A stretch of 64,000 nt of DNA from Dendrobates tinctorius (GCF_039654945.1 NW_027361711.1:9052001-9116000); one strand, 5' to 3'; shown: positions 13,046-26,510, numbered from the stretch's first letter. The notes: generated by a model not told the origin, from the letters alone. Made by a program: numbers and translations.

Positions 13046-13362
13046 TAACAGTCTATTCAGTAGGACTATCAGCTGTGTATCCACCAGACTTCTGCACAAC
13101 ACAACTGATGGTCCCAACCCCATTTATAAGGCAAGAAATCCCACTTAGTAAACCTGACATGGCACACCTGTGAAGTGAAAACCATTTCCGGTGACTACCT
13201 CTTGAAGCTCATCAAGAGAATGCCAAGAGTGTGCAAAGCAGTAATCAAAGCAAAAGGTGGCTACTTTAAAGAACCTAGAATATAAGAAATAATTTCAGTT
13301 GCTTCACACTTTTTTGTTAATTATATAATTCCACATGTGGTAATTCATAGTTTTGATGCCTT

Positions 13363-13503
13363 AATAATAATAATAATAATAATCTTTATTTTTATATAGC
13401 GCTAACATATTCCGCAGCGCTTTACAGTTTTGCACACATTTTTCATCACTGTCCCCGATGGGGCTCACAATCTATATTCCCTATCAGTATGTCTTTGGAG
13501 TGT

Positions 13504-13534
<31 letters not shown>

Positions 13535-13628
13535 ACGCAAACACGGGGAGAACATACAAACTCCTTGCAGATGTTGTCCTTGGTGGGATTCGAACCCAGG
13601 ACGCTAACCACTGAGCCACCGTGCTGCC
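13363..13628 (-). mobile_element. tRNA-derived SINE (V-SINE-like) with L2-type 3' tail
   Basis: Minus strand GGCAGCACGGTGGCTCAGTGG (A box) and GGTTCGAATCCC (B box). Central TTCTCCCCGTGTTTGCGTGGGTTTCCTCCGGG core. 3' end TGTAAAGCGCTGCGGAATATGTTAGCGCTATA(TTA)n matches the L2 tails. Confidence 0.9.
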
Positions 13629-13729
13629 TTCAGAGTGAATCTACAATTTTCATAGTCATGAAAATAAAGAAAACTCTTTGAATGAGAAGGTGTGTCCAAA
13701 CTTTTGGTCTGTACTTTAATTCTAGCTTA

Positions 13730-14363
13730 GGCCTGTTTCACACTACCGTTTTCAGGCGTCAGTCACAATCCGCTGTTTGGGGAAAAACGGATCTGATGGA
13801 TTTGCCTGGCTTATCTGTTTTTTTCCCACATAGGCTTGTATTGGCAGCGGATTGTGATGGATGGCCTTCCGTTGGTCCGTCGTGCGGCAGATTCATCATA
13901 AAATTGGGTTCCGTCAGGTAAAAAAACGTCCATAAGAACGTTTTTTTGTCTGTGGCGGACAGTGACGGATCCGTCGCTGTCCGTCGTCTGGTAGAATGGA
14001 TGCCTATGGGAGACGGATCCGTCCCCGTCCGTCACATGACAGAATCAGTTGATGGATTCCGTTTCTTTAAACTGAGTATGCTCAGAAGAATTTCCTTTCA
14101 TGAAATATAACCCCAAAACCCGTGTGGTCCTTTATATTCCAAAATCTGCAGTTTCGATGGATCCATCAGAAAAACGAATGAAAAAACGGATGCAACTGAT
14201 TAAACTGATCCGTTTTTTCGGCGGATCCGCTAGACGGACCAGTCGAAAAAACTGATCGTTTTCATCCGTTTGCATCCGTTTTTCACTAATTTCGATGGAT
14301 CCGTCATTCCGTCAAAACGGCGGATTTTGACTGACGCCAGAAAACTGAAGTGTGAAACAGGCC
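13730..14363. mobile_element. Harbinger-like MITE (GGCCTGTTTCACAC family)
   Basis: TIR GGCCTGTTTCACACT; flanks TTA/TTT; ACGGATCCGT-rich interior. Confidence 0.85.
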
Positions 14364-14829
14364 TTTGGGAAAATATTACTGACAGATTACTTTTAAGTGC
14401 AAAGTTGTGTACTCTGGAATAACTTTTGAAACTGGTTTAAGATGTTAATCTGTTGAGCCCTGAGCATGTCCACAGGGAGCAACAACCTGCTTTTTGCATG
14501 ATGTAAGGGTAAAGTATAAATATATCTCCACCTAGGAGAGGCATTCTGAAATATCAAGAAATGTATCCTAGCAAAAATGGGAACCTAGACCAAACTCCTA
14601 AATTTATTCAGACCCCAGGCCAACTAAACTATTTTTAGGCTTCAAAGTCTCTAGATCAGACCCCTATACTAATACCACACCCCAGGACAGTCTCCTGTTT
14701 TATTATCAGAACCACTACATATATTCAGAATTCTAGACCCCTATATGAATTTCATACTCCAAGCCAGCAGTCCAACTTCATTCAGATCACAAATCAGGCA
14801 AAACAACCTTCAGTCTCCAGACCAAACTA

Positions 14830-15121
14830 CATTCCTTAACAATGAAATTGCAACTCCAAAAAGTAGAATCTTTCATGATATGCATACTCAAGTGCCTTCA
14901 ATGTGGCATGCAAAACATTTCTCTGATGACCATTAATAACTTCATTGATAGCATACCAAGGCATTATGTCATGCTTGATGCTGAATAAATTGAGATGTTT
15001 TTTAATATTTAGTTTTCATTTCTCCCTCATTTACATACCATTAATATATATATCTATCCTGTGATTTCCATAATATCACGACGTTTCCTTCTTGGTGTTG
15101 CATTTTCAATGTTGAGGAGTG
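14830..15121. mobile_element. Tc1/mariner-type MITE
   Basis: TA TSD; ~30-bp imperfect TIRs CATTCCTTAACAATGAAATTGCAAC / GTTGCATTTTCAATGTTGAGGAGTG. Confidence 0.7.
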
Positions 15122-15228
15122 TATTTAACTGCCCTATTTACTTCTGGGCCTAACTCAAATCCAGGTGCCAATGCATTGGGTCCTGACACTGGCCTGCCTA
15201 CTGTCCTTGAGAAGGTCATTGAGACCAT

Positions 15229-15849
15229 TGAGACGTGGTTTGTGGAACCACTGTGCCTCGGACCGCGGAGATCTTGGAGGGGCATGACTAAGTGAGCACA
15301 GGACTGTTCACTAGAGCCTGTGATGGTGAGGTTAGACTTGGCTCCCAATGAATGCCAGGTGCCACTCCAGGACAGACCAACAGACTCTCAGCAGCTGGAC
15401 CCAGAAGGATATACTGGATTGTGCAGCAGGCACAGTTCGTATTAGAGTGCAGCAGGCAGAGTTCGTGTCAGAATGCAGCAGGCAGGATCTGCACAAGAGT
15501 GCAGCAGGCAGGATCTGCACCAGAGTGCAGCAGGCAGAATCTGCACCAGAGTGCAGAAAGGACTGGTATGCAACCTTACACAACTTAGACTGCAGAACAG
15601 GAAGGTTGCTCAGGCACCTCCCCAGTGAGGAGGACGCTATATACATAATGCCCCACAGCTATTGGCCGGGGGAGGGAAATAGCAAGTGCACGTGCTGGCC
15701 CTTTAAGAGGGCGGGAGCGTGCGTGCTCTAAGGACATGGCTGGAGGCCCAGCTGGAAGCTCTGCTGGAAGCATGCAGATCATGTGGAAGGGAAGAACCAA
15801 CCGCAGCGCGGTTGAGTGGAGTGACACACCGGAGACCCTGCATGTCACA
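15229..15849. mobile_element. Probable solo LTR with internal 26-bp tandem repeat
   Basis: TGAGAC...GTCACA termini; near TSD CCAT/CCAA; tandem CAGAGTGCAGCAGGCAGGATCTGCAC at ~15423-15557. Confidence 0.45.
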
Positions 15850-16405
15850 CCAAGGATCCGTGCTAAGAGTTTAAGACCCAGTGCAACAGCACTCAGAGCT
15901 GAATAAGTGCAGGAAAACCCAGTCAATATACAGACTGCTCTCTAATGGATTATACCAAATAATAATGGCTATAATTTTAGTTTCTTTTTAAAGGAACTAC
16001 AAAATAACTGTTCATCTATTAGCCATCATGAAAATCTTAGTTTCCAAATCTGTTTCTTTAGGCAAACATGTTAGTGATGTGATTGGTACACATTCTTTGG
16101 AGTAATGAGCATTTCAGTGCACCTTCTCAACTACTTATTTCCCATCTATATGAGCCCTTCTCTGGCTCCTGTACTGTAAATCTAGAGCTGTCAATCAAGG
16201 AAGACGAGGTTGTAATAGATGGAAAACATATATTCTCAAATCACAGATTGTTTTGACAAATGAGGTTGCCCAATCATGCCATGATACATTACAAATTAAA
16301 CTATTATTAGGGGCAGTGCTATCTGAACACAATTTATCAGAACTGATTATTTTATAATTCCCTCTTTTCCCATCCTCCACCAGTGGGATCAAAACATATG
16401 ACATA

Positions 16406-18176
16406 ATAATAATAATAATAATAATAATAAATTTTATTTTTATAGCGCCGACATATTCCACAGCACTTTACATTTCAGAGGGGATTTGTACAGACAATAG
16501 ACATTACAGCATAACAATAATCACATACAGTAGATTATAACAAATACCAAGAGGAGTGAGGGCCCTGCTCGCAAGCTTACAGTCTATGAGGAAAGAGGTA
16601 GACACGAAAGGTGGGTGGTAACAGTTGCCCTGATTGTACGGACCAGCCATAATGTTAAGTGTGTAACAGTACAGACACAGAGGGCTAATGGATGCATAAA
16701 GCATGTGGGAACATGATGCTGGGAACCTGGTTATGGTAAAATTTTTGGCTCTGCCACACAGGGATAGGTTAGGTTAATGTGTTGAGGCGATAGGCCAGTC
16801 TGAATAAATGCGTTTTCAGGACACGCTTAAAATTGTGGGGACTGGGGACTAATCGTATTGACCTGGGAAGTGCATTCCAAAGAATTGGCGCGGCACGTGT
16901 AAAGTCTTGGAGACGGGAGTGGGAGGTTCTGACTATTGAGGATACTAACCTCAGGTCATCAGCAGAACGGAGGGCGCGGGTAGGGTGGTATACTGAAACA
17001 AGGGAGGAGATGTAGGGTGGTGCTGAGCCATGGAGGGCTTTGTGGGTGAGGGTAATAAGTTTATACTGAATTCTGGAGTGGATGGGTAGCCAGTGTAATG
17101 ACTGGCACAAGGTAGAGGCATCGGTGTAACGATTGGTGAGGAATATGATCCTGGCTGCAGCATTCAAGACAGATTGGAGAGGGGAGAGTTTTGTAAGAGG
17201 GAGACCGATTAGAAGAGAGTTACAATAGTCGAGACGAGAATGAATAAGAGAAACAGTAAGAGTTTTTGCAGAGTCAAAAGTAAGAAAAGGTCGAATTCTA
17301 GAAATGTTTTTGAGGTGCAGATGACAAGAGCGAGCCAGTGATCGAATGTGGGGGGCAAAGGAAAGCTCGGAATCAAGTATGACCCCAAGACAGCGGGCAT
17401 GTTGCTGGGGAGTAATAGTGGAACCACAGAGGGAAATGGCAATGTCGGGTGTAGGTACATTAGTAGCGGGAGGAAACACAAGGAGTTCAGTCTTTGATAG
17501 GTTCAGTTTCAGATATAGTGAGGACATGATATTAGACACAGCGTTTAGACAATCGCCAGTGTTTTCTAGAAAGGCTGGCGTGATGTCAGGAGAAGAAGCG
17601 TATAATTGGGTGTCATCAGCATAGAGATGGTACTGGAAACCAAATCTACTGATTGTTTGACCAATAGGGGCAGTGTACAAGGAGAAGAGGAGGGGGCCTA
17701 GAACCGATCCTTGAGGAACCCCAACAGTAAGAGGAAGGTGAGAGGAGGAGGAACCGGCAAAAGAAACAGTAAAGGAGCGGTCGGAGAGATAGGAGGAGAA
17801 CCAGGAGAGAACGGTGTCCTTGAGGCCAATGGAACGGAGCATAGTGAGGAGGAGCTGATGATCCACAGTGTCGAATGCTGCAGAGAGATCCAAGAGAATT
17901 AGCATGGAGTAATGACCATTTGATTTAGCTGTTAGCAGATCATTAGAGACTTTAGTGAGGGCAGTTTCAGTGGAGTGTAAAGAGCGGAAACCGGATTGGA
18001 GAGGGTCGAGAACAGAGTTTTCTGAGAGATAGCGGATAAGACGGGAGTGGACCAGGCATTCCAGGAGTTTAGAGATGAAGGGAAGATTAGAGACAGGTCT
18101 ATAGTTAGCGGCACAATTTTGGTCGAGGGATGGTTTTTTAAGTAGTGGATGTATGATGGCATGCTTAAATGAGGAG
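16406..18176 (-). mobile_element. 5'-truncated L2 (CR1-group) LINE
   Basis: 9-bp TSD TATGACATA (16397-16405, 18177-18185); (TTA)n tail; open RT frame. Confidence 0.93.
16769..18176 (-). pseudogene. L2 ORF2 reverse transcriptase (C-terminal part, uninterrupted frame, 5' truncated)
   Basis: Motifs [43 protein letters not shown]; the first ~7 codons of the listed ORF come from flanking DNA. Confidence 0.93.
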
Positions 18177-18508
18177 TATGACATACTATTGGCCACGTCT
18201 AACCTTCAAACGACATAAACCACACTTAATATTTCATGATGGATCAGATGTATCCCCACTCTGAATCCAGAGCATCAATGTATCAATGCCTATCTGATCA
18301 AAGTGCTACTTGTGGATTATGGTGACATTCTGCTTTAGGAGTTACAGAACTATGAAATAATGATATCGGAACCTCTCCAACAGGAGTCCTGCTAAAAGAA
18401 TGAAGTTTCAGATTAAGAAGATGTGGACTAGTGTTCCAGGTAAAATATATTCTACTTGCTTAGCATCTCCAACATTCTCTTGTTAAAATATTTCCTTACA
18501 AACACTGA

Positions 18509-18961
18509 AGGGAACCTACACACGTGGTCAAAATTGCTGGTACCCCTCGTTTAATGACAGAAAAACCCACAATGGTGACAGAAATAACTTGAATCTGACG
18601 AAAGTAATAATAAATCAAAAATCTATGAAAATGAACAAATGAAAGTCAGACATTGTTTTTCAACCATGCTTCCACAGAATTTATTAAAAAATAAAACTCA
18701 TGAGTACCAACAATTTTGACCACGTGTGTATTACTCGATTCATGCTGCCAAAACCATTGGCAGCATAAATCAGAGCTTGGCTGCACAATTACAAACAGGT
18801 ATCCCAGAGCGTTTCAGAAATAATTTGAAGATTTGGCAAAATAGGTAAAGACAAGACTTTCCAGTTCTGCACCTGGTCGTCTTCTCCCCACACTGCACTT
18901 TGTGATTGACAGGTCTATTTTATGTGTGTTTGGGCAGAATAAATCGAGTGACAGATTCCCT
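18509..18961. mobile_element. T2-like MITE interrupted by a Tc1 MITE
   Basis: AGGGAACC ... GACAGATTCCCT|TTAA termini. Confidence 0.55.
18519..18728. mobile_element. Tc1-type MITE / internally deleted Tc1
   Basis: TA TSD; 25-bp TIR CACACGTGGTCAAAATTG(C/T)TGGTAC. Confidence 0.85.
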
Positions 18962-19589
18962 TTAATAGTAATGATGTAACTGAATGTCCCGTACATTCCA
19001 TTCTGTATTGTCTTACTGGTAATAATTAACAGACATAAGTGAATAAATGCCATATTTTCAAGTTATCTAAGAATCAGAAGTATAGCCTATTGTTCCTCCA
19101 TCAGGCAGTATGAGTGTAACAGCTGCCTCAATATGATGCAATCCCACTACCGGCTGCTGAATATCTTTTTTTTTTTTTTTAAAGAGGACCTGTTACCAGA
19201 TTTAACAATACAAACTACATACATGATCTTTTGGGCCTGAAGTAACCAATGTACTTACTTTGAAAACCATGTTAGAATGACCATGAAATCCTGATATCAA
19301 GATAAGCATTTTATAAGCCCAGTTATAGAATGAATTTGCTCATAAGTCCAAGTGCATAAAGTCTGTGCTCTTCTTTGCTAACAGTTGCAGCTTGTACTGA
19401 GCAGTGTGAGATCTCGGCAGCTTGAAGGAGGAAGGACAGTGAAGATCTGAGAATCAGGTTAGGAGCATGAAGATTTTCAACCCCCAAATAGTAATACATA
19501 GCCCATTTTAACCCCTAGATAGTAGATTGTCCTATACTGTACTGTATAAGTTTCTAATTCATTAAATCTGTGTATATGTATGTGCATGT

Positions 19590-19930
19590 AATATAGTGTG
19601 CGTGTGTTAATATACTCACCTACCGCCGCTCTCTCCGGTATCCAGCACTGTTCTGCTCCTCTTCTCAGTGATGTCACCACGCTTCAGACTCTCCTGGTCA
19701 CACTGCACTCTGCTTGACCTAGAAGTGTCTATTACAACGTAAGTCTATGGAGAAACAGAACAAAGCCCTATAGATTTACATTGTAAAAGAGACAACCGGC
19801 TCACACATAGAGCAGAGAGTGAGCCGGAGAGCTGCAATTGCGGTGACATCACTGAGAAGAGCAGCACAGCGTTGGATACCGGAGAGAGCGGTGGTAGGTG
19901 AGTATATTAGCACACGGACACTACATTGCA
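19590..19930. mobile_element. Fold-back MITE core (~80-bp inverted arms)
   Basis: ATATACTCACCTACCGCCGCTCTCTCCGGTATCCA...GTGATGTCACC mirrored at ~19840-19910. Confidence 0.7.
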
Positions 19931-21142
19931 TGCATATAATATAATAATAATAAATATAAATACATAAATAATGTAATAATATATGATAATATAATATATT
20001 AATATAATAATAATATAATATAATAATATATGCACATTTGATCAAGTAAAAACTTAGTGGGAGTGCTTGCTTATAACGGGAAACTATTTTACATATAATT
20101 ATATTTTACATGGTTGACATATTAAACGGATATCATACAGATGTCATATGAGTATAAATATCAGACATGTAAATAGCATATAAATGAAAATAAGGAGGAA
20201 AATTGTGTGTCATCCAAAAAAAATACATTTTCTTATGCTTCTTTGAACTTGGCCTTATAGCAAATGCTATAATTTTATTTTGCGTATTATTCACCTCACA
20301 TCAGCAGATTCTCTACAAGTTTCAAAAATAGCTTCAAACGGAGATAGCCTTTATCAAATCGTGCCTTCATCAATTCCTATAAAATTATCTTATCACTTAT
20401 ATTATTGATTTTAAGCCTGTTTTGAATTCTTCCATATTATTTTCCGTATTTATATACAGTATGTAGAAATGCTCTAAACTTTGATAGATAAAAACAAACA
20501 TGATTTTCTCTATATTTTGCTGTTAGATGTGTGACGTTACAATCATGGTTTCCATGTGTAAGAGGGTGAGCAGTACTCAAGAAGACACCGTGGCAAGAGA
20601 CAGTTATATTGTATAGAAGTATAATATGGTTACATGTACGATATATATAAAAGTGTATTTTATCCTTATTGCCGCTATGTGGTTAAGTTTTCTGAAGGTT
20701 TTATCTCAAGGCCGTCCCCGGAAAATGGAGAGGGCTGTCATTAGGGGAATAAGTGGAAGTTTATAGGGATATATTTCAGGTTAAATGTTTGGGAATAGCC
20801 CATAAACTGGGAGGGGTTAGAGCAGATAAGAAGAGGAATCACTTCCTGAGAGAGTGGCTAGTCTTCAAACAAAGTGTTTGCAAGATTCAAGGTCAAGTTC
20901 AAGTACAAGCTTTAGGACATGATATATAGGTATGAAAAGGAACGCGCTTTATTGGATTATACCTCTTAAAATCAAATATGGTTGATTTTTAGCTGTATGA
21001 TAAAACTCACACTCTATCAGTATAACATAGCACTTGATAGAAAGTGAAAGGTAGATGGCTGTCGGAACTCTCCTGGTGTTTTTACCAGACAAAGGAGGCA
21101 GTTTGTTCCTGAAATGTGATGTTTGTCCTCCTTAACACTGAA

Positions 21143-21551
21143 AGCACTACTCCAGCGGGATTTTTTTCATCGCTGGAGTGGCGCTTCAAATGTAAGTCCC
21201 ATGCTCCCGGTCATATACTCGCCTTCCAACGTCTTCACCGTTTTTCCGTGCTGCTCCGGTCCCGCAGTGCCATCTTGTTAGTGCAGTGTCTGACTGGCCA
21301 GAAGCTCTGAATGCAAATCTATGAGAGCCAGAAGGAGGCTCCAAGACTCTCATAGATTTGCATTGAAAAGTGACCTCCGTGCAGCTCCATGAAACACCGG
21401 AGCTCCCGACAGCTCATTTTTCACCAGAGACCGACGGGAGAGACGCTGTAAAATGATGAAAGCGGCGGCAGGTGAGTATGAGACAGGGGGCAAGGGAATT
21501 ACATTTCATGCACCACTCCAACACTGCAATAAAAAAAAAAAGAGTGGTGCT
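21143..21551. mobile_element. T2-like MITE (AGCACCACTCCAGC family)
   Basis: AGCACTACTCC / GAGTGGTGCT|TTAA termini with internal inverted repeats. Confidence 0.65.
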
Positions 21552-21765
21552 TTAACAGTAATGTTTTCACGTCAATCCTAGGTTTTCTTCTTTGGACAAC
21601 CAGGAGATACTTATTTTTATTTATCTTTGTGTGTTATTTATGTAACACCTAACCCTAGTCTGGTGATCAGTGAGCAGAGGTCCATCCACCTTCCACTTTA
21701 GACCAGATGCTCACAGGTGTCATGCAGGGATCTTCCCTCTATGGTATCTATATACAGTACTTTAA

Positions 21766-23702
21766 CCTCTTTACCCCCAAGGGTGGTTTGCACGTTAATG
21801 ACCGGGCAAATTTTTACAATTCTGACCACTGTCGCTTTATGAGGTAATAACTCTGGAACGCTTCCATGGATCCTGGTGATTCTGACATTCTTTTCTCGTG
21901 ACATATTGTACTTCATGTTAGTGGTAAAATTTCATTCATATAACTTGTGTTTATTTGTGAAAAAAAAACAGAAATTTGGTGAAAATTTGGAACATTTTGC
22001 AATTTTCCAACTTTGAATTTTCATGCCCTTAAATCACAGAGATACGGCACACAAAATACTTAATAAGTAACATTTAAAAAATGTTTACTTTACATCAGCA
22101 CAATTTTGGAACAATTTTTTTCTTTGTTAGGAAGTTATAAGGGTTAAAAGTTGACCTGTGATTTCTCATTTTTACAACACCATTTTATTTTTAGGGACCA
22201 CATCACATTTGAAGTCACTTTGAGGGATCTATATGATTGAAAATACCCACAAGTGACACCATTCTAAAAACTGCACCCCTCAAGGTGCTCAATACCACAT
22301 TCAAAAAGTTTATTAACGCTTCAGGTGCTTCACAGGAATTTTTTGAATGTTTAAAAAAAAATGAACATTTAACTTTTCTTCACAAAAAACTTAATTCGGG
22401 TCCATTTTTTTTATTTTACCAAGGGTAACAGGAGAAATTGGACCCCAAAGGTTATTGTGCAATTTGTCCTGAGTACGCTCATACCTGATATGTGGGGGGG
22501 GGACCACTGTTTCGGCGCATGGCAGAGCACGGAAGGGAAGGAGTGCCGTTTGACTTTTTCAACGCAAAATTGGCTGGAATTGAGATTGGATGCCATGACG
22601 CGTTTGGAGAGCCCCTGATGTGCCTAAACAGTGGAAACCCCCCACAGGTGACCCCCATTTTGGAAACTAGGTCCCCCAAGGAACTTACCTAGGTGAGTGG
22701 TGAACACTTTGAACCCCCAAGTGCTTCACAGAAGTTTGTAACGCCCAGGCGTGAAAATAAAAAAATCATATTTTTTTCACAAACATGATTTTTAGTCCCC
22801 TATTTTTTATTTTCCCAACGGTAACAGTAGAAATTGGACCACAAAAGTTGTTGTCCAATTTGTCCTGAGCATGCCAACACCCCATACGTTGGATAAAACT
22901 ACTGTATGGGCACACGTCGGGGCTCGGAAGGGAAGTGATGTTTTTGGAATGCAGACTTTGATAGAATGGTCTGCGGGTGTCATGTCACTTTGGAGAGCCT
23001 GTAATGTGCCTAAACAGTGGAAACCCCCCACAAGTGACCCCATATTGGAAACTAGACTTATCTAGATGTGTGGTGAGCACTTTGAACCCCCAAGTGCTTC
23101 ACAGAAATTTATAACGTAGAGCCATAAAAATAAAAAAGTCATATTTTTTTTCCACAAAAATGATCTTTTAGTCCCCAATATTTTATTTTTCCAAGGGTAA
23201 CAGGAGAAATTGGACCCCAAAAGTTGTTGTGCAATTTGCCCTGAGTATTTGACTTTTTCAACGCAGAATTGGCTGGAATTGAGATCAGATGCCATGTCGA
23301 GTTTGGAGAGCTCCTGATGTGCCTGAACAGTGGAAATGCCCCCAATTCTAACTCCAACCCTAACCCCAACACACCCCTAACTCTAATCCCAGCCTAAGCC
23401 ATAACACTAACCATAAACCTAACCTTAACACACCTCTAACCCTAATCCCAACCCTAACCCTTACCCTAGCCGAAACCCTAATGGGAAAATGGATATAAGT
23501 ACAATATTTTTTAATTTTATTATTTTTCCCTAACTAAGGGGGTGATAAAGGGGGGTTTGATTTACTATTTATAGTGGGTTTTTATGTTTGGCAGCTGTCA
23601 CAAAAAAAAGACGATTTTTATTGCAAAAAATAGTTTTTGCATCACCACATTTTGAGAGCTATAATTTTTCCATATTTTGGCCGACAGAGGCATGTGAGGT
23701 CT
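21766..23702 (+). mobile_element. piggyBac-like non-autonomous element (3' truncated) with tandem units and CCCTAA-like tract
   Basis: TTAA|CCTCTT start; reverse complement of the 215-4348 family; telomere-like repeats at ~23341-23480. Confidence 0.8.
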
Positions 23703-23707
23703 TCCAC

Positions 23708-24756
23708 TGTATTGTGTATGATGTTAAAAAAATATTTGTATAATTATAAGTGTATAACTGTATAATATGTTTACTGCTGCACAATATATATTATAGGGAG
23801 AGTGCAGCATTATTAGTTGGCCACTAGATGGAGATAGAGATTTAGCAACTCTGTAAATAATTAACGCAGGAGGGGCACGGTGGTTAAGCTAGAAGGATTT
23901 CCTTATTTTGGTCAGTCGGGGCCAGGGTGCCCGTAGGCTCAGGTGGGCAGTTTAGCCCTGAGCAACGCCGTGTCAAGTAATGTTTGACAAAGTGAGGAAC
24001 TCAGCCATTCTACAGCAACAGGCTAGGAAGGCAGCAAGGCAGAATTATAGTGGGTTACAGAAGTGTGACACAGAAGCTGTAGGAAAGGCCAGGAGAGCAC
24101 AGGGACGCAGTGGATTCCATAATGTGGCAACTTAATGCAAGAGCTGAAGCCCTCAGAACCAGGGCGAAATGGCTGAGGGAACACCCAACTGCAGTGAGTA
24201 AAAACAGAAGGGACACTGCATTATCGTTAAAGGTGGTAGGTCCCCGTAATGTGCAAGAGACCACAGGAAGCACCACAGGAACACATACAGCAATAAAGGT
24301 GGGCAGGTCACTGGCCAGGTGGCAACTGGCTTCGGAGGCTGAAACACTCTTGTTTGGAGAGAAACTGACTAGGGAAGGTCTAACTGTGGCAGAGCTAAAC
24401 TGGGAGGACACTGAGGAACTGTGTGAGATGGTCCGACCCGGGTACATGCTGTGTGTCAGAGAGAGTACAGGGAAAGAGGAAGAAATGTGCAGAATGAAGC
24501 CTGTTGTTAATACTGTGAAGAACATGGATGAGCTGTGTAAAGACATCAGTAAAGTTATACAGTTTGAAGTTAACATGAACTGTGTCTGAATTTATGCCAA
24601 ACTGACTATTGTGAGCCCACAGTAACACAGAGAGGTCCCTGATGGTGAGAGAAATGAAGCAACAGGTACACTGACAGAAAGCTGTCATGTCTATATGAGG
24701 GGAAGCCAGAACACCGTTATCCCGGAGTCCTTGGCCACGACTAGCTGAACCTTACA
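23708..24756 (+). mobile_element. Possible degenerate solo LTR
   Basis: TGT...ACA bounded purine-rich block with AGTAAA followed by a U5-like segment; no TSD found. Confidence 0.3.
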
Positions 24757-26104
24757 ACCTCTCTGCAGAACTGAATCATCTGTAGGTTGATGTAATTGCT
24801 TCAGCTTCCATCTCAGAGGCAGCCAGTGTTGCGATAGAGCAGAGCTGTGAGAGCTACAGCTCCAGTCCTAACGTGTTTGTAAGAAGACAAAGTTCAGTTG
24901 TACTGTACTGTGTTAGTTACATGTCTCAAGCTGTTAATCCCACCTTTTATTAAAAATAAGCTCAGGAGGCAGATTCTCTTGTAGATCTGTGTTCGGCCTA
25001 TTCATCATATCAGCTCATTTACGTATTAAAAAAATGTGGATTTCTCTAATAAGGCATTGGATCGCAGATCTCAAAGTATCATTTTATTCAGCTTCCTATA
25101 ACCCATGTATGCATGTACACAGTTTAGCAGGGTTGATCCTATTGAAAGATTCCCTTTATTGGATATTTTCTAAATTCCTGGTACATTGTGTCTTAAACAT
25201 CAAATTATGAATATATATAGGCATACTGTCAAAAGGACCTCTTCATTTGACATCTGGTTCCTGTGAGATCACAATATTAAACAAAAATTATCTTTTTAAT
25301 ACACTTATCTTTAAATTTAAACACCATCCCATGTTGATATGCTTGCTGGCTGCAGCGATCATGCACCACTTTGGATAACATCTCATCCTTGCCTCATCAA
25401 ATGGTAAAGATATGTAAATACTAAAGTGTTTTTTTTAACATCTATTTTGAAGTAATTTTTAGGAGTTGGACAACTGATTTGTAGAGAATCTTACAGATTG
25501 CACAATTAATATTTAATGAGTATTGCATCAGTGATACATGTCACCATCCCCATCCAAATCAAACAGCCACGTACAGCTACCAAGCAAACAATGGTCTAGA
25601 GTTCAGTGAACTTTCACACACAAAAAAATTGATTATGCTGCATCACAATTACAATGTCAAAGAGAATAATGTACCCAGGCGTCATGTACAAGTGACCAAA
25701 CTGCAACCACACATGCACAGTCAGCGAGAAAAACTAAATTACCAGTACTTCCCTGTAGAGTAATATGTGTGAACATAAGAGGAAGATTTCCGAATAACCT
25801 CAGACTGATCTTCTGATTTTTATCTGTGAGAACATCAGTCACTGGCCAACATTTCAGTTGCACGAGCATAAAACAAGACTCTAGGTGATGGAAAAAAAAT
25901 TGTAAAAGTGTGTAATAAACAGCATTTTTCTAACATGACTGAAAATTCTGAAATATTAATGCTACTTTTAATTCCTTTGTAAATAGTCTTATCATTTCTA
26001 CTATTGATTTAAATCCTACTGATTTCTTCCCCCCTCCGAATTTATATTCTCGCAAACTTTCTAAACTCGGACGGTTGCTATTAAAAAGACAGCACTTTCT
26101 CTTA

Positions 26105-26510
26105 AGGCCCCGTTACATGCTTCAATGTCCCAGCGATCCCACCAACGATCCGACGTGGATGGGATCGCTGGGACATAGTTATCTGATCGCTGGTGAGCTG
26201 TCACATAGACAGCCCCTCCAGCGAACAGGACCAGCGAGTAAGCTGGAATCCAAGGTAAATAGCGGGTAACTAAGAGCCGTGCGGCACTTAGATACCCGCT
26301 GTTTACCTTGGAAACCAGCTCCCAGCGTCGTTGATCGTTGGTCTCTCGCTGTCACACGCAGTGATGCGTGCTGGCGAGCGGGAGAACAACGATCAAAAAA
26401 CGGCCTAGGACGTTCGAGTGCGATCAGCGATACCTGACAGGGGGGCCGGTCGCTGATACATGTCACACACAGCGATATCGCTGGTGATCTCGCTGTGTGT
26501 GATGGGGCCT
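26105..26510. mobile_element. Harbinger-like MITE
   Basis: TTA TSD on both sides; TIR AGGCCCC(G/A)T(T/C)ACA. Confidence 0.88.

Larger units (their letters stand above)
12565..13716. mobile_element. Tc1-like relic (non-autonomous) interrupted by a Harbinger MITE and a SINE
   Basis: Transposase C-terminal remnant RMPRVCKAVIKAKGGYF at ~13217-13268; TIR-like end GGTGTGTCCAAACTTTTGGTCTGTAC. Confidence 0.75.

Noticed and set aside
13570-13628. tRNA gene
   Set aside because: A/B boxes belong to a SINE head with an internal deletion; no cloverleaf
23341-23480. True telomere or chromosome-fusion scar
   Set aside because: Degenerate CCCTAA tracts recur at the same position in each copy of the piggyBac-like family
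24110-24589. 159-aa ORF (and antisense 173 aa)
   Set aside because: Non-ATG start, no recognisable motif, lies in LTR-like sequence
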